This document shows positions 20,179-30,041 of a DNA stretch of 64,000 bases, piece after piece; position 1 is the stretch's first letter, and each line of letters opens with the position of its first letter. Source of the stretch: an uncultured cyanobacterium (GTDB lineage Bacteria > Cyanobacteriota > Cyanobacteriia > PCC-9006 > JAAUQQ01); the NCBI GenBank assembly GCA_963718615.1, contig OY970368.1, positions 1,664,001 to 1,728,000 on the forward strand. Direction: 5' to 3'. The position numbers and the translations under genes were made by a program. The notes below the pieces were generated by a model. The model saw only the letters and a program-made list of their open reading frames with translations, made no database searches and was not told the DNA's origin.

Positions 20179-20889
20179 ATGCGACTAGACCATTATCAAA
20201 CTAACCGTTATCACCCTGGTGCTTCTGTTCTCTGGCAAGTTCTATGGTATTTGGGGGGAGATCCAATCTTTCAAAGTAAAGTTCTTCCTTTCTCCACCCT
20301 GAAGGTTTGGATTTTACGCGTTTTTGGTGCTAAGATCGGCCAAGGTGTTCGTATTAAGCCTGGCGTTAAAGTGAAGTTTCCTTGGCGATTGACCGTTGGA
20401 GATTACGTTTGGATTGGCGAAAATGCCTGGCTTGATAATGTTGCCCCTATCGTGATTGAAAGCCATGTTTGTTTGTCACAAGGTGTATATCTCTGTACTG
20501 GAAATCATGATTGGTCTGTGGAAGGCTTTGATCTGATACCCGGAGAAATCTATCTTGCGCAGGGAAGCTGGATTGCAGCAAAAGCTGTCATTGGTCCTGG
20601 TGTTCGGGTCGGTACCGGTGCGGTACTTGCCTTGGGCAGCGTTACTGGGCGATCGCTCCAACCTCATACTATCTACGCAGGCAATCCTGCACAGCCCCTC
20701 AAACCACGACCGTTGACCAAGCTACGGCAGGACTTGCAGGAAGTTGCGGAGGAAAATACTGTTATGCAATCAGTAGAACTACGAGTGAAGTTGCCTTGTA
20801 CTGATGTTTGCTTGCAAGATTCTGACCTGGATGTATCTAGCGAAGAAACTGATGCGTTCAATAGTCTCAGCGCCCAAGGCTTTTCCTAG
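20179..20889 (+). CDS. wcaF: WcaF-family (hexapeptide-repeat) polysaccharide acetyltransferase
   Basis: LRVFGAKIG..VRIKPGVKVKFPWRL, SQGVYLCTGNHDW, AGNPA. Confidence 0.85.
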   Translation: MRLDHYQTNRYHPGASVLWQVLWYLGGDPIFQSKVLPFSTLKVWILRVFGAKIGQGVRIKPGVKVKFPWRLTVGDYVWIGENAWLDNVAPIVIESHVCLSQGVYLCTGNHDWSVEGFDLIPGEIYLAQGSWIAAKAVIGPGVRVGTGAVLALGSVTGRSLQPHTIYAGNPAQPLKPRPLTKLRQDLQEVAEENTVMQSVELRVKLPCTDVCLQDSDLDVSSEETDAFNSLSAQGFS

Positions 20890-21155
20890 GAACATTGATG
20901 TTTTTTTACTCAGTGTTCTTAACTGGATTCGCGATCGCAACCATCCGTAAAAACACCACTATCAGATTTGAGTCGATTACCCAAGCTGTTTTTTCCTCAG
21001 CCCTTAAAATTCAACTCACGACCTTTGAGTAAAGGTTTTAAAATCGTCAAGTTTTCCTTAACTTTGACTGTTTTATTTGACTCGAAGGTGTGCATTCTTT
21101 GCGATATGAATGCCAAAAATATATGGTTTTACAGGGTGTAAGGTGTAATAAGATT

Positions 21156-23462
21156 ATGGGCAGACGATCCCTCTCAGCATCAGAATCTGGTATCCGTAAG
21201 GCTAAGCAAGCCTTTCACCGTCGAGGCTGGACTCAGTCAGAACTTGCTATGGAGGTTGGACTAGCGACTCGTCAGCCGGTTTGGAAGTTCTTTAGTGGCC
21301 GACCTGTTGAGCGGGCCGTCTTTATTGATATTTGCTTTCGACTGGATTTAGACTGGGAGGAAATTGCCGGAATTGGTCCATCAGCGCCTGGACTGTTGTC
21401 ATCCTCTGATGTGTTACAGGCTGAATTGTGTGGAGGTTCTGATCGAGAGACCATAGCGTCTATTCGTCAACATCTCTGGCAAATGCTGCAGACGCAAGGA
21501 AACTGGCTTCCAGTCAGTCTTGATCTATCACAACCTTTGCCTTTGATGGCAGTCTATGTTAATCAACAAGTGTGGGAAATCCCTCGACAGAGTCATTATT
21601 GTCTAAAAAATGACACTTGGGATTCTATTGTCCAGATCTTGCCTCGATCCCCTTTAACAGAGATCGTGACCCAAAATTCTCAGATTTTTTTGAAAGGTGC
21701 CTTGGGATCTGGTAAAACGACAGCCTTGCGCTTTCTCTTCACAGAATGTCTCAGAAGTAATCTTTTAGCAAATCAGATTCCCATTTTGTGGATCTTATCC
21801 AATCAGGGTGATTTTGCAACTCAACTCCAGCAGCAGTGGCAACTTTATGGTTTACAGCTTGAGCAAATGCATCAGCTTGCTCGTCTGGGCAAGCTAGTTT
21901 TACTCTTAGACGGTTTTGATCAGCTTGCTGTTGAGCAAAGGGATCGCTTACGTGCTCAGATTTTGCAATGGACCCAAGTCAATCTTGGTAATTCAATTAT
22001 TATTACTAGCCGTACAGGATGTGATGAAGCCTATTTATCTGGCTTCCGATCAGTTGAACTAGCTGGTTTTGAAGAAGAACAAGTTAAAGACTTTGCCCAA
22101 AAGTGGTTTTCTACTGTTCAATGTTCTACCCAACAGCCATCATTTCAAGATTTCTTAATCGAATGTAATCAGAAAGAGGCAAGCGAGCTTAGAGCTCTCA
22201 TGGCTTCTCCTTTACTATTGCATGTGTGTTGTCTACACTTTGCTCATCACGGATCTTTGAAGCAATCCTTTAGCCAGTTGTACGAGGCAATTTTAGAGTT
22301 GCTACTGCGGCGTTGGAATCGAATTGCTGGCCATTCTCCTCTTCAAGAAGAAGAGCTTACGGAATATTGGCGATCGCTCATCACGACTGCGCTCTCTTCT
22401 ATTTCCATAGGACGAACTGCTCCACTAAAAACGACATATGCTTCAAAATTGTCTGAGCAGGAAATATGGCCTAATGCTTTATTCGAGTTATTAACACATC
22501 CCTATCAACAGACTGTCCTACAGACTTTGAGTTTGGATTACGGAATTTTAGAAAGAACGCCACAAGGTGATTATCAATTTGTTTCCCCAGGCTTATGTGC
22601 TTATCTAACTGCATTATCGTTAACTAACTTATCTAAAGGTAAAAATCAAGTCGAAGTTCTATTTCAATCGTTCGACGATCAAGACATCCTGCAAGGCTCG
22701 ATCCGCCTCAAATATTGCTTAGCTCTTGTTTCTGATTCCCAAGAGTACCTTACACAGCTTCTCCTGTGGGCCAATAAAGACCTAGAGAGTGAAGAAAGTT
22801 TGCAATCTTTTTTAGGCTGGATCAATCGTAAATCAGAATCAATCAATACTCATGGCCAGTATCCACTGAATGGGATTCGGTCCTTTTATTGGGGCATATG
22901 CGTCTCGAAAAATTTGGAGCTTGTTTCCCGTCTAGAGCCACAAATGCTAGAGGCACTTTCTCCAGAGCTTCATCTAGATTTGATGCTAATTCGGGCCTTA
23001 AACTTAGGCGAGAATTTAGAACCAAGACCGAATCAATCTCATTTGATTGAACTTCGGTTTGCGTTAGATTTAGAAGTCTATTGTCAGCATGAGCCTTCTA
23101 TTGCATCTGTGATTCAGCATCTTTGTTCACAATTTCCGCCACTTACTGCATCAGAGAGCCAATTACAAACTTGGTGGCAAGAAAAAGGTCAGCAATGGTT
23201 CACTGAGTTTCGACAAGTTTGCATTGAACATCGCGATATAGGTCATTTATGGAAATTTGGTGAAAGAGAAAAGGCAAGCTTACAGCGCCATGAAACTCTT
23301 TACCTATCGGTGCTTGACGCTATTCAGGATGAGTATTTATCTCAGCAGATCGATCCAGCCCTGATCCGTCGACTGATTTTCAGTCCTCAGAGTGAGCTTA
23401 ATCAAGAATTGATATTTTTCCCAGCAACAACTGTACATTCTCTTAGCCGAGCAAACTTTTAA
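21156..23462 (+). CDS. Cyanobacterial HTH-NACHT NTPase (STAND) with C-terminal helical domain
   Basis: N-terminal XRE-like HTH (GWTQSELA...RQPVWKFF), Walker A GALGSGKTT, Walker B LLLDGFD, IITSR, SPLLL, C-terminal WWQ...W...IGH.W.F. Confidence 0.85.
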   Translation: MGRRSLSASESGIRKAKQAFHRRGWTQSELAMEVGLATRQPVWKFFSGRPVERAVFIDICFRLDLDWEEIAGIGPSAPGLLSSSDVLQAELCGGSDRETIASIRQHLWQMLQTQGNWLPVSLDLSQPLPLMAVYVNQQVWEIPRQSHYCLKNDTWDSIVQILPRSPLTEIVTQNSQIFLKGALGSGKTTALRFLFTECLRSNLLANQIPILWILSNQGDFATQLQQQWQLYGLQLEQMHQLARLGKLVLLLDGFDQLAVEQRDRLRAQILQWTQVNLGNSIIITSRTGCDEAYLSGFRSVELAGFEEEQVKDFAQKWFSTVQCSTQQPSFQDFLIECNQKEASELRALMASPLLLHVCCLHFAHHGSLKQSFSQLYEAILELLLRRWNRIAGHSPLQEEELTEYWRSLITTALSSISIGRTAPLKTTYASKLSEQEIWPNALFELLTHPYQQTVLQTLSLDYGILERTPQGDYQFVSPGLCAYLTALSLTNLSKGKNQVEVLFQSFDDQDILQGSIRLKYCLALVSDSQEYLTQLLLWANKDLESEESLQSFLGWINRKSESINTHGQYPLNGIRSFYWGICVSKNLELVSRLEPQMLEALSPELHLDLMLIRALNLGENLEPRPNQSHLIELRFALDLEVYCQHEPSIASVIQHLCSQFPPLTASESQLQTWWQEKGQQWFTEFRQVCIEHRDIGHLWKFGEREKASLQRHETLYLSVLDAIQDEYLSQQIDPALIRRLIFSPQSELNQELIFFPATTVHSLSRANF

Positions 23463-23477
23463 TTGATTAAAATCACA

Positions 23478-24485
23478 ATGAACACCTTACTCCAAGCTAA
23501 ATCCGCTTATCATATTTTAGTCGTTGAGCCAGATAATTACCTTCGCGATGCTTTAATTCAAGCCATTGAGTATGAAGGCTATGGTACAACATCACTGACG
23601 ACTGCTAAAGACTGCATACAGCACTGCCTTAGGGATTTACCTAACTTGGTAATTTTAGCCTCAAAACTTCCTGATCAAGAGGCTTTAAAGGTTGTTGAAC
23701 AGCTTCAATCCAGACTCTCTCAAGATTGTCCACCGGTTCTGATGCTCGCATCGCAATATGATCTAAGCTTCATGGAAAAGGCTTTTGCCCTGGGGGTCCG
23801 TGACTATTTGCTTCGTCCAATCCACTGGTCAGTATTTCGTCAAAGAGTTCAGCAGTTGATTGAAATGCAGATTTGTCTGCATCAATTAGACGAAAAACTA
23901 TGGCAGGAAAAGGCCCTAATGGGACAACTGACTAAAACTAAATTGCGGATAGAAGGCCTGTCGCAATTAGATGAGGTTACTCAGCTTAAAAACCGTAAAT
24001 CTTTTGAAGAAGAACTACTTAAAACTTGGCGAGTTCAGGTGAGGGAGCGACAGCCGGTCAGCTTGATTTTGCTAGAGCTTAGCTATCTTCAGTCAGCCTG
24101 GGATGAAGTCACAAACTCGATTAATTTTGAGTATCTTAAGGTGACGAGTCATGCAATTACTAGTATTTTAAAGCGACCTAATGACATTGCAGCTCGTTAT
24201 CAAGAAAAGCAGTTTATCATTCTTCTTCCCAATACTCCTTTGGATGGAGCAATTCATTTGGCTAAGACATTGCAACAGGCTATACAGCTAGAAATTCAAA
24301 CTACAGTCGTACTAGAGAAATCAATGCTAGATCCCGTCTTTAATATTGGGATAGCTAGTCAATTGGCCGCTCCTCAGCAGGAGATTCAAGGTCTCATGGA
24401 AACTCTGCGACGATCGCTATCTCAGTCCAAGGATAAGGGAATCAACAGCATCGCCTATTTAGATGCCTCTCCATCTATCTCCTGA
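23478..24485 (+). CDS. PleD-like REC-GGDEF protein with both domains degenerate
   Basis: Receiver fold with PNLVILAS (phospho-Asp replaced); DEVTQLKNR; RPNDIAARYQEKQF in place of RxxDxxxRYGGEEF. Confidence 0.85.
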   Translation: MNTLLQAKSAYHILVVEPDNYLRDALIQAIEYEGYGTTSLTTAKDCIQHCLRDLPNLVILASKLPDQEALKVVEQLQSRLSQDCPPVLMLASQYDLSFMEKAFALGVRDYLLRPIHWSVFRQRVQQLIEMQICLHQLDEKLWQEKALMGQLTKTKLRIEGLSQLDEVTQLKNRKSFEEELLKTWRVQVRERQPVSLILLELSYLQSAWDEVTNSINFEYLKVTSHAITSILKRPNDIAARYQEKQFIILLPNTPLDGAIHLAKTLQQAIQLEIQTTVVLEKSMLDPVFNIGIASQLAAPQQEIQGLMETLRRSLSQSKDKGINSIAYLDASPSIS

Positions 24486-24534
24486 CCTTTAATTCACTGA
24501 AGTCTCGCAAACCGCAAAAACTAAACAACCCTCA

Positions 24535-25257
24535 CTAAAAGGCACCCCCACTTGGCATTACAATTACTTCTTCGACTACGGCTCCATCGGGCATTTGAAT
24601 GACATTCAAAATCGCTTGGGCAATCATCTCGGGTTTCATCATTTGGCTGCGATCGAAATCTGCATTCACGGTTTCTGTATCCCAAATTTCTGTGTTCACA
24701 GAACCGGGAGAAACGATGCTGACACGGATGCCATTGCTACTTTCTTCCGCTGACAACACCTTTGAAAGGGTTACTAATGCAGCTTTGCTCGCACAGTAGG
24801 CCCCCCAGTTCGGGAAGGCATTGTGCGCGGCGATGGAGGCAACATTAATGATTTTTCCATGGGCGCGCGATCGCATCTGGGGCAACACCGCCTGAATACA
24901 TTGAAAGACGCTAATCACATTCAAATCCATGACCTGTTTCCAGTCCGCCAAAGGCATGTCCGCTAGTGCACCGGTATAGCCAATACCTGCGTTGTTAATC
25001 AACACATCCACTGCTTGATTGGCTACCCAGGCTTGCAATTTAGATTGAATAATCTCCAGATTGAGTAAGTCTAGGGAGAGGATGTGGACTGCTGCGCCTT
25101 GCTGCTCCGCTGCAGCGGCAACCCTCTGGAGTTTATCGAGCGATCGCGCCACCAGCAAAAGATCAAATCCAGCAGCAGCAAGCCCAAGGGCTGTGGCGCG
25201 GCCAATGCCGCTGCTAGCCCCAGTAATCAGGGCTGTAGGGCGGGAAGAGACAGTCAT
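24535..25257 (-). CDS. Short-chain dehydrogenase/reductase
   Basis: TGASSGIG, NNAG, YCASK. Confidence 0.93.
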   Translation of the reverse strand: MTVSSRPTALITGASSGIGRATALGLAAAGFDLLLVARSLDKLQRVAAAAEQQGAAVHILSLDLLNLEIIQSKLQAWVANQAVDVLINNAGIGYTGALADMPLADWKQVMDLNVISVFQCIQAVLPQMRSRAHGKIINVASIAAHNAFPNWGAYCASKAALVTLSKVLSAEESSNGIRVSIVSPGSVNTEIWDTETVNADFDRSQMMKPEMIAQAILNVIQMPDGAVVEEVIVMPSGGAF

Positions 25258-25301
25258 AGTAAAAAATAGTAAAAATTGGAAAACCCTTGAAAAAAGTGGA
25301 C

Positions 25302-26276
25302 TTAAGCTTCAGTAAACATGCCAATCCGACGAAACTTTTGGTAGCGCAACTCTCGTAACTCATGGGGTGGTAGTTGGCTGAGCTCGTTGATATTGCGAAT
25401 CAGCGCTTGTTTAAGCGTTTCCGCTGCTTCCAGTGGCGCGCGGTGGGCCCCCCCTAGGGGTTCGGGCAGGGTTTCGTCGAGGATGCCCAACTCCGTCAAG
25501 TCAGTTGCCGTAATCTTCAGGGCTTCGGCGGCTTTTCCGGCTTTGCCCGCGTCTTTCCAGAGAATAGCAGCGCAGGCTTCAGGGCTAGCGACGGTATAGA
25601 CTGAATGTTCAAACATCATCAGGCGATCGCCCACGCCAATGCCCAAAGCTCCCCCCGATCCCCCTTCCCCAATAACAGTGCAAAGAATGGGCACATCTAG
25701 ACGGAACATTTCCCGCAGGTTGTAGGCGATCGCCTCCCCTTGTCCCAGTTCCTCGGCCTTCACCCCCGCATAGGCTCCAGGGGTATCAATAAACGTCACA
25801 ATCGGCATGCCAAACCGGTTAGCATGGTCCATCAAACGCATGGCCTTGCGATAGCCGCCGGGGGAAGCCATGCCAAAATTCCGGGCAACATTGTCCTTGG
25901 TGTCGCGACCCTTTTGGTGACCCAGCATGACGACGCTGCGGTTGCCCAATTGTGCAATCCCGCCAACGAGGGCGAGGTCATCGGAACCGGCGCGATCGCC
26001 ATGGAGTTCAATCCACTCATCGCTAATGGTTTGAATATAATCTAGGGTGCTTGGGCGACGGGGGTGACGGGCCACCTGAATGCGCTGTGCGGGGGACAGA
26101 CTGCTAAAAATTTCCTGACGCAACTGTGCAGCACGGGCTTCTAGCTGTTGGATCTGCCCCTTCACATCGACATCGCTCTCTTCCGCCAGCGAGCGAATCT
26201 GATCAATCCGGGCTTCGAGTTCTGCCAGGGGTTTTTCGAAGTCGAGTAGAACGGGTTTGCGCTGAGTGGTTGACAT
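25302..26276 (-). CDS. accA: Acetyl-CoA carboxylase carboxyltransferase alpha subunit
   Basis: [50 protein letters not shown]. Confidence 0.97.
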   Translation of the reverse strand: MSTTQRKPVLLDFEKPLAELEARIDQIRSLAEESDVDVKGQIQQLEARAAQLRQEIFSSLSPAQRIQVARHPRRPSTLDYIQTISDEWIELHGDRAGSDDLALVGGIAQLGNRSVVMLGHQKGRDTKDNVARNFGMASPGGYRKAMRLMDHANRFGMPIVTFIDTPGAYAGVKAEELGQGEAIAYNLREMFRLDVPILCTVIGEGGSGGALGIGVGDRLMMFEHSVYTVASPEACAAILWKDAGKAGKAAEALKITATDLTELGILDETLPEPLGGAHRAPLEAAETLKQALIRNINELSQLPPHELRELRYQKFRRIGMFTEA

Positions 26277-26454
26277 AGGGGTGCGACTCGCTAGATAGGA
26301 ACCCAAGGAGGTAGGCCGCTTCCTATCCTATCATTCAGTAAAAGCGAATCCGATCATCCGGGCTTGTCTCCGGCTCATCTTCGGTGCATCTCCTACAAAT
26401 TTATCAACGCCTTGCCCGTTTTGGCTACGCTACGAAGGCGATCGCCTCCGCCCT

Positions 26455-28260
26455 CTAACAGGTAACAACGGCCAACAGATCATCCCCCTTGAAAATCGTT
26501 GCCCCGTGAGCGCTATCTCCAAAGGACAAATCGCCTCCATCGCTAAACTTGAATTCGGTATAGCCCATTTGAAGGTTATTGACCGTCACGCAGCCCTCCT
26601 CTTTATTCAAAACTACAGTTGCAGGGCCACCGCTGAGCCAAACGATGTCCATCCCCGATCCGCTGTCCATTACATCGTCCATATCGCCCCCCATGTCGCT
26701 GGCCATAAGGGTTAATCCTTGGATATTGATCAGGGGGTCAGAGCCCAGCATGCCGATTTCCGTAGCGTTGCCCGAGTCTAGATCAATGGAGTAAAAGGTG
26801 TTATTGGAAACGGCAAAGGCGACATTACCTGCGTCTGGATCCGAGAGGATGTCAAACCCCCCGAGGGTGTCAAAGTCTAAACCGAGTTCGCCTACGGTTG
26901 TTAAAATACCGTCGTTGGGTGGGTTCTGTAGAACTAATGTGTTGAGCAGCGTATCAATGTTATAGAGCTGTGTACTGGTTGTGCCCTCAAAGGAATTGGT
27001 ATAGGCAGCGGCGGTAATATTGGGGTTGATGCCTGCATTGCGATCGCCCTCGGCAAAGGCCAGGGAGCCATCGACAATGACGGCACCGGTATCTACGTTA
27101 ATGCGGAAGTCTTGGTCATTGTCCCCCACAAGGCGGAGGCGATCGGCCACAGGATTGAAGTCAAACCCCGAAATCGTACCGCCCTCAAAAGGGGTATCCA
27201 AGGTACTCACGAAGGTGGCGATATTATCCGTGGTCATTAGGTTACGAAGAATCGGGCCGTTGGCATCGGCTGCACCGTTATGAATATGAATAGCGCTTTC
27301 GGGATTGCCCAGCGGATCCACACCGCCCACCGGCATTAGCGGACTGGTCAAGTTGCGAAAGCTGCCGTTCGTTGCCAGCTCATTCACCGAGTTGTCGTAA
27401 ACAATGTCAAACATACCGGTTGCAGGACCATCTGGCACCTCGTTGACCTGCTGGGTCTCTTCGAGGGCCAATCCTGACGCAACGACATCTCCCTCAACCT
27501 CGACATCAATTTGCCCCCGCAGTTCGCCACCGGCAAAGTTTTCGGTGTGCAGATTAATGTAGAGGTTATCGTTGAGTAATTCAGTTTCTTCCGCATCGGT
27601 GAGGGTAAAACTGCCGCTGAAGCGATCGCCATCCACCGTCAAATTCCGAATGATTGGGCCATTAGCTCCGGCAGCGCCATTGTGAATGTGAATGGCGCTC
27701 TCAGGATTGCCCAGGGGATCAACCCCGCCTACGGGCAGGAGCGGACTGGTGAGATTACTAAAGCTGCCGCTAATCTTGAGTTGATTGGTCGCATCGTCAT
27801 AGATGGCATCAAAGCTGCTAGTTGCAGGACCATCTGGTACATCGTTGACCTGTTGTGATTCCTCCAGCATGAGTCCTCGCTCAACGATGTCGTGTTCGAG
27901 ATTCACATGGATTTGACCCCGCAGTTCACCCCCTGCAAAGTCCTGGGTGTGGAGATTGACATAGAGATTATCGCTGAGCAGTGCCGCCTCTTCGCTCTCA
28001 GTCAGCGTCACGGTTCGGCCAAAGGTGCCGGAGGTCGCGCCCGCTGGATCGAGGGTGTAGATTTTGTTGGCGGTGGTCAGGCCATAGATTTTGCCATCGG
28101 CGGGACGCACATCAATTCCCAGTAGAGATCCTTCAAGGCCGGTGACAGGGATTTGGGTAACTGAACTTAGGTCGTCCGAGCTAAATGTCAGAAGTTCATT
28201 GTTGTCGGTTAGCGCCACAACGTTAGCGGTGACGGTAGTTTGTAGGGTTTCGCTTGTCAT
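26455..28260 (-). CDS. DUF4394-like protein with inserted CHRD domains
   Basis: LLGIDVRPADGKIYGL and GFDFNPVADRLRLV...AAAYTNS...LQNPPNDG.L (DUF4394); AIHIH.GAAG.NGPI and LY.NLHT..F.GGELRGQI (CHRD). Confidence 0.8.
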   Translation of the reverse strand: MTSETLQTTVTANVVALTDNNELLTFSSDDLSSVTQIPVTGLEGSLLGIDVRPADGKIYGLTTANKIYTLDPAGATSGTFGRTVTLTESEEAALLSDNLYVNLHTQDFAGGELRGQIHVNLEHDIVERGLMLEESQQVNDVPDGPATSSFDAIYDDATNQLKISGSFSNLTSPLLPVGGVDPLGNPESAIHIHNGAAGANGPIIRNLTVDGDRFSGSFTLTDAEETELLNDNLYINLHTENFAGGELRGQIDVEVEGDVVASGLALEETQQVNEVPDGPATGMFDIVYDNSVNELATNGSFRNLTSPLMPVGGVDPLGNPESAIHIHNGAADANGPILRNLMTTDNIATFVSTLDTPFEGGTISGFDFNPVADRLRLVGDNDQDFRINVDTGAVIVDGSLAFAEGDRNAGINPNITAAAYTNSFEGTTSTQLYNIDTLLNTLVLQNPPNDGILTTVGELGLDFDTLGGFDILSDPDAGNVAFAVSNNTFYSIDLDSGNATEIGMLGSDPLINIQGLTLMASDMGGDMDDVMDSGSGMDIVWLSGGPATVVLNKEEGCVTVNNLQMGYTEFKFSDGGDLSFGDSAHGATIFKGDDLLAVVTC

Positions 28261-28326
28261 AAAAACTAAATCCTCGATAAATGACGTATGTGGGCAGTAC
28301 GTCAAAAACTGCTCAATAGATGCAGC

Positions 28327-28346
28327 AGGATGATTTAAATCATCCT
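28327..28346. promoter_or_regulatory. Perfect 20-bp palindrome AGGATGATTT-AAATCATCCT upstream of the DUF4394/CHRD gene
   Basis: Read directly from the sequence; half-site AAATCATCCT recurs at 30270-30279. Confidence 0.5.
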
Positions 28347-28431
28347 AAAGGAATAAATTTTGAATATCGCTCGGCCTTTATTACCCTAGGCTAGGCTATG
28401 GGCTGTAGGCTATGGGCTAAAACCCTATGTT

Positions 28432-29283
28432 CTAGAGTTTCTGAATCAAAATCGGTGAGGTTTGATGACGTTGGGGGGCAGCTGCGTCTTCAACTGTAAT
28501 GGCAATGGCTTTGACCCAATAGGGGGCTGTCTGAAATGCCATCGGGAGTACCAGAGTTTGAGACTGTGTTTGAGACGGCTTCCCCTGGGTTTCTACCGTA
28601 AAGACATGGGTCAAAATTGCGCCTTTAGAATCCGTTGTAAACGGTGCCTCAGGATCTAAAACCGTCCACAAAACATAGACTTTTCCTGGGGCCAAGGGCG
28701 GCAGATGATCAATGCGCAACGTACCTTTCAAATCCGTTGGATCGAGTTGAACAATCGCTTGAACCGATTGGGGGTCTGTAACTGTACCCGTGAGTTGGCT
28801 AAAATCTGCCGTCGTTTGTAGTGCAACCGTTTGCAGTTGAGAGGGAGCATCGGGCTGATTGGCCTGTTGCTGCTTGAGCGTTTGGAGCGATCGCCACAAT
28901 CCATAATTACTCAGGGAAAGCGCCGCAATCAGTATCGCTGCCACAGCTCCCCCAGCCCTCACCCAGAGAGGCAGCATCACAACTGACTGGGATTGGGAGT
29001 TGGACCGTTGTGGTTCTGGAGCAGGTGCTTGCATGGCCGCAAAGGACGAGAGTACCGCTGCTCGGAGCTGAGTCGGTGGCTGCACTACATCAGGACAGTA
29101 AACCCGATCAAAAATGTTCTGGGTTTGTTCAATCAACTGCTTGACTGTGCTGGCTTGTTTAGGGGTTTGCTGCAACTCTTCTAGCAGGTTTGCTTCTGTG
29201 TCGTTGAGATCATTAAGGACGTATCCTGCCACCAGGGTTTGAAGGGTTTCCGGAGACGTATCAGGAGAGATAGGTGAGGTCAT
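28432..29283 (-). CDS. Anti-sigma factor, RskA-like
   Basis: LVAGYVLNDL...PPTQLRAAVL N-terminus, one TM helix, LPPLAPGKVYVLW...AITVE C-terminus; overlaps the sigma stop codon. Confidence 0.85.
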   Translation of the reverse strand: MTSPISPDTSPETLQTLVAGYVLNDLNDTEANLLEELQQTPKQASTVKQLIEQTQNIFDRVYCPDVVQPPTQLRAAVLSSFAAMQAPAPEPQRSNSQSQSVVMLPLWVRAGGAVAAILIAALSLSNYGLWRSLQTLKQQQANQPDAPSQLQTVALQTTADFSQLTGTVTDPQSVQAIVQLDPTDLKGTLRIDHLPPLAPGKVYVLWTVLDPEAPFTTDSKGAILTHVFTVETQGKPSQTQSQTLVLPMAFQTAPYWVKAIAITVEDAAAPQRHQTSPILIQKL

Positions 29284-29879
29284 TGCGACTCCTCCTCCAA
29301 GGCGGGCTGTAAAATCTGGCGGAGTTTGATCAAGCCGCGCCGAGCTAGGGACTTGACCGTACCCAGAGGGGTATTGAGCTGATTGGCGATCGCCCCATGA
29401 CTCAATCCTTCCCGATAGGCCAAATCCAAGACCTGCCGCTGGCTCTCAGAAAGTTGTGAAAGGGCAGCCGCAACGGCTTGAGTCATCTCTTCTCGGTCGG
29501 TCGGTTCTGGAGGAAGATGGGCCATTTCGGCAGACTGAGTGATTTGCCATTGCTTCAGGGAGACTTGGGCTCGCTGGGCAAAACGCAGACGATCGATGGC
29601 TCGCGATCGCGCCAATACAGCCAAAAAAGTTCTTAAGGAGCCCCTCCTTGGATCGTAGCGAGTATGGGCCAATTTGAGAAAAATTTCTTGGGTGAGGTCT
29701 TCTGCGTCCTGGGGGTGTTTCAGTAGTTTGAGGGCGATTCCGTACACTAAGCCGGCGTGGCGATCGTAGAGCAATCCTAAAGCCTCGGCCTGACCTTGGT
29801 TTAATGCGGCCCACAGTGTGGCATCTGACGCTTGGGTCTCTAAGGCTTGACTTTCCAGTGTGCGGCGATCCAACGTCAT
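29280..29879 (-). CDS. ECF sigma-70 factor (SigK-like)
   Basis: LYDRH, DAEDLTQEIF, RSRAIDRLR, LAYREGLSH..IA..L..PLGTVKS..RRGL; ATG 29879. Confidence 0.92.
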   Translation of the reverse strand: MTLDRRTLESQALETQASDATLWAALNQGQAEALGLLYDRHAGLVYGIALKLLKHPQDAEDLTQEIFLKLAHTRYDPRRGSLRTFLAVLARSRAIDRLRFAQRAQVSLKQWQITQSAEMAHLPPEPTDREEMTQAVAAALSQLSESQRQVLDLAYREGLSHGAIANQLNTPLGTVKSLARRGLIKLRQILQPALEEESQ

Positions 29880-29971
29880 AGGTTCTTTGGGAGCGGATTC
29901 CAAAAACTTAATGCAGTGACCCCTAGCCTGTTCAGCAACTTGTTCAGATTTTGCAGCAATTAGGTCTTTAG

Positions 29972-30041
29972 CATAGAGGGAATCACTTTGCCAAGGCAAG
30001 ACACTCTCCGGAATAACCCGAAAGGACTCATGATTAATCTC
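29972..30041 (+). repeat. Copy 1 of a degenerate 60-70-bp direct repeat
   Basis: CATAGAGGGAATCA...TCCGG.A.AACCCGAAAGGAC..ATGAT.AATCTC, shared with 31119-31179. Confidence 0.75.

Noticed and set aside
29972-30041. Riboswitch or hammerhead ribozyme reading of the repeated motif
   Set aside because: It lacks the cores I would expect (for example CUGAUGA...GAAAC, or SAM, TPP and c-di-AMP consensus blocks), so it is left unassigned
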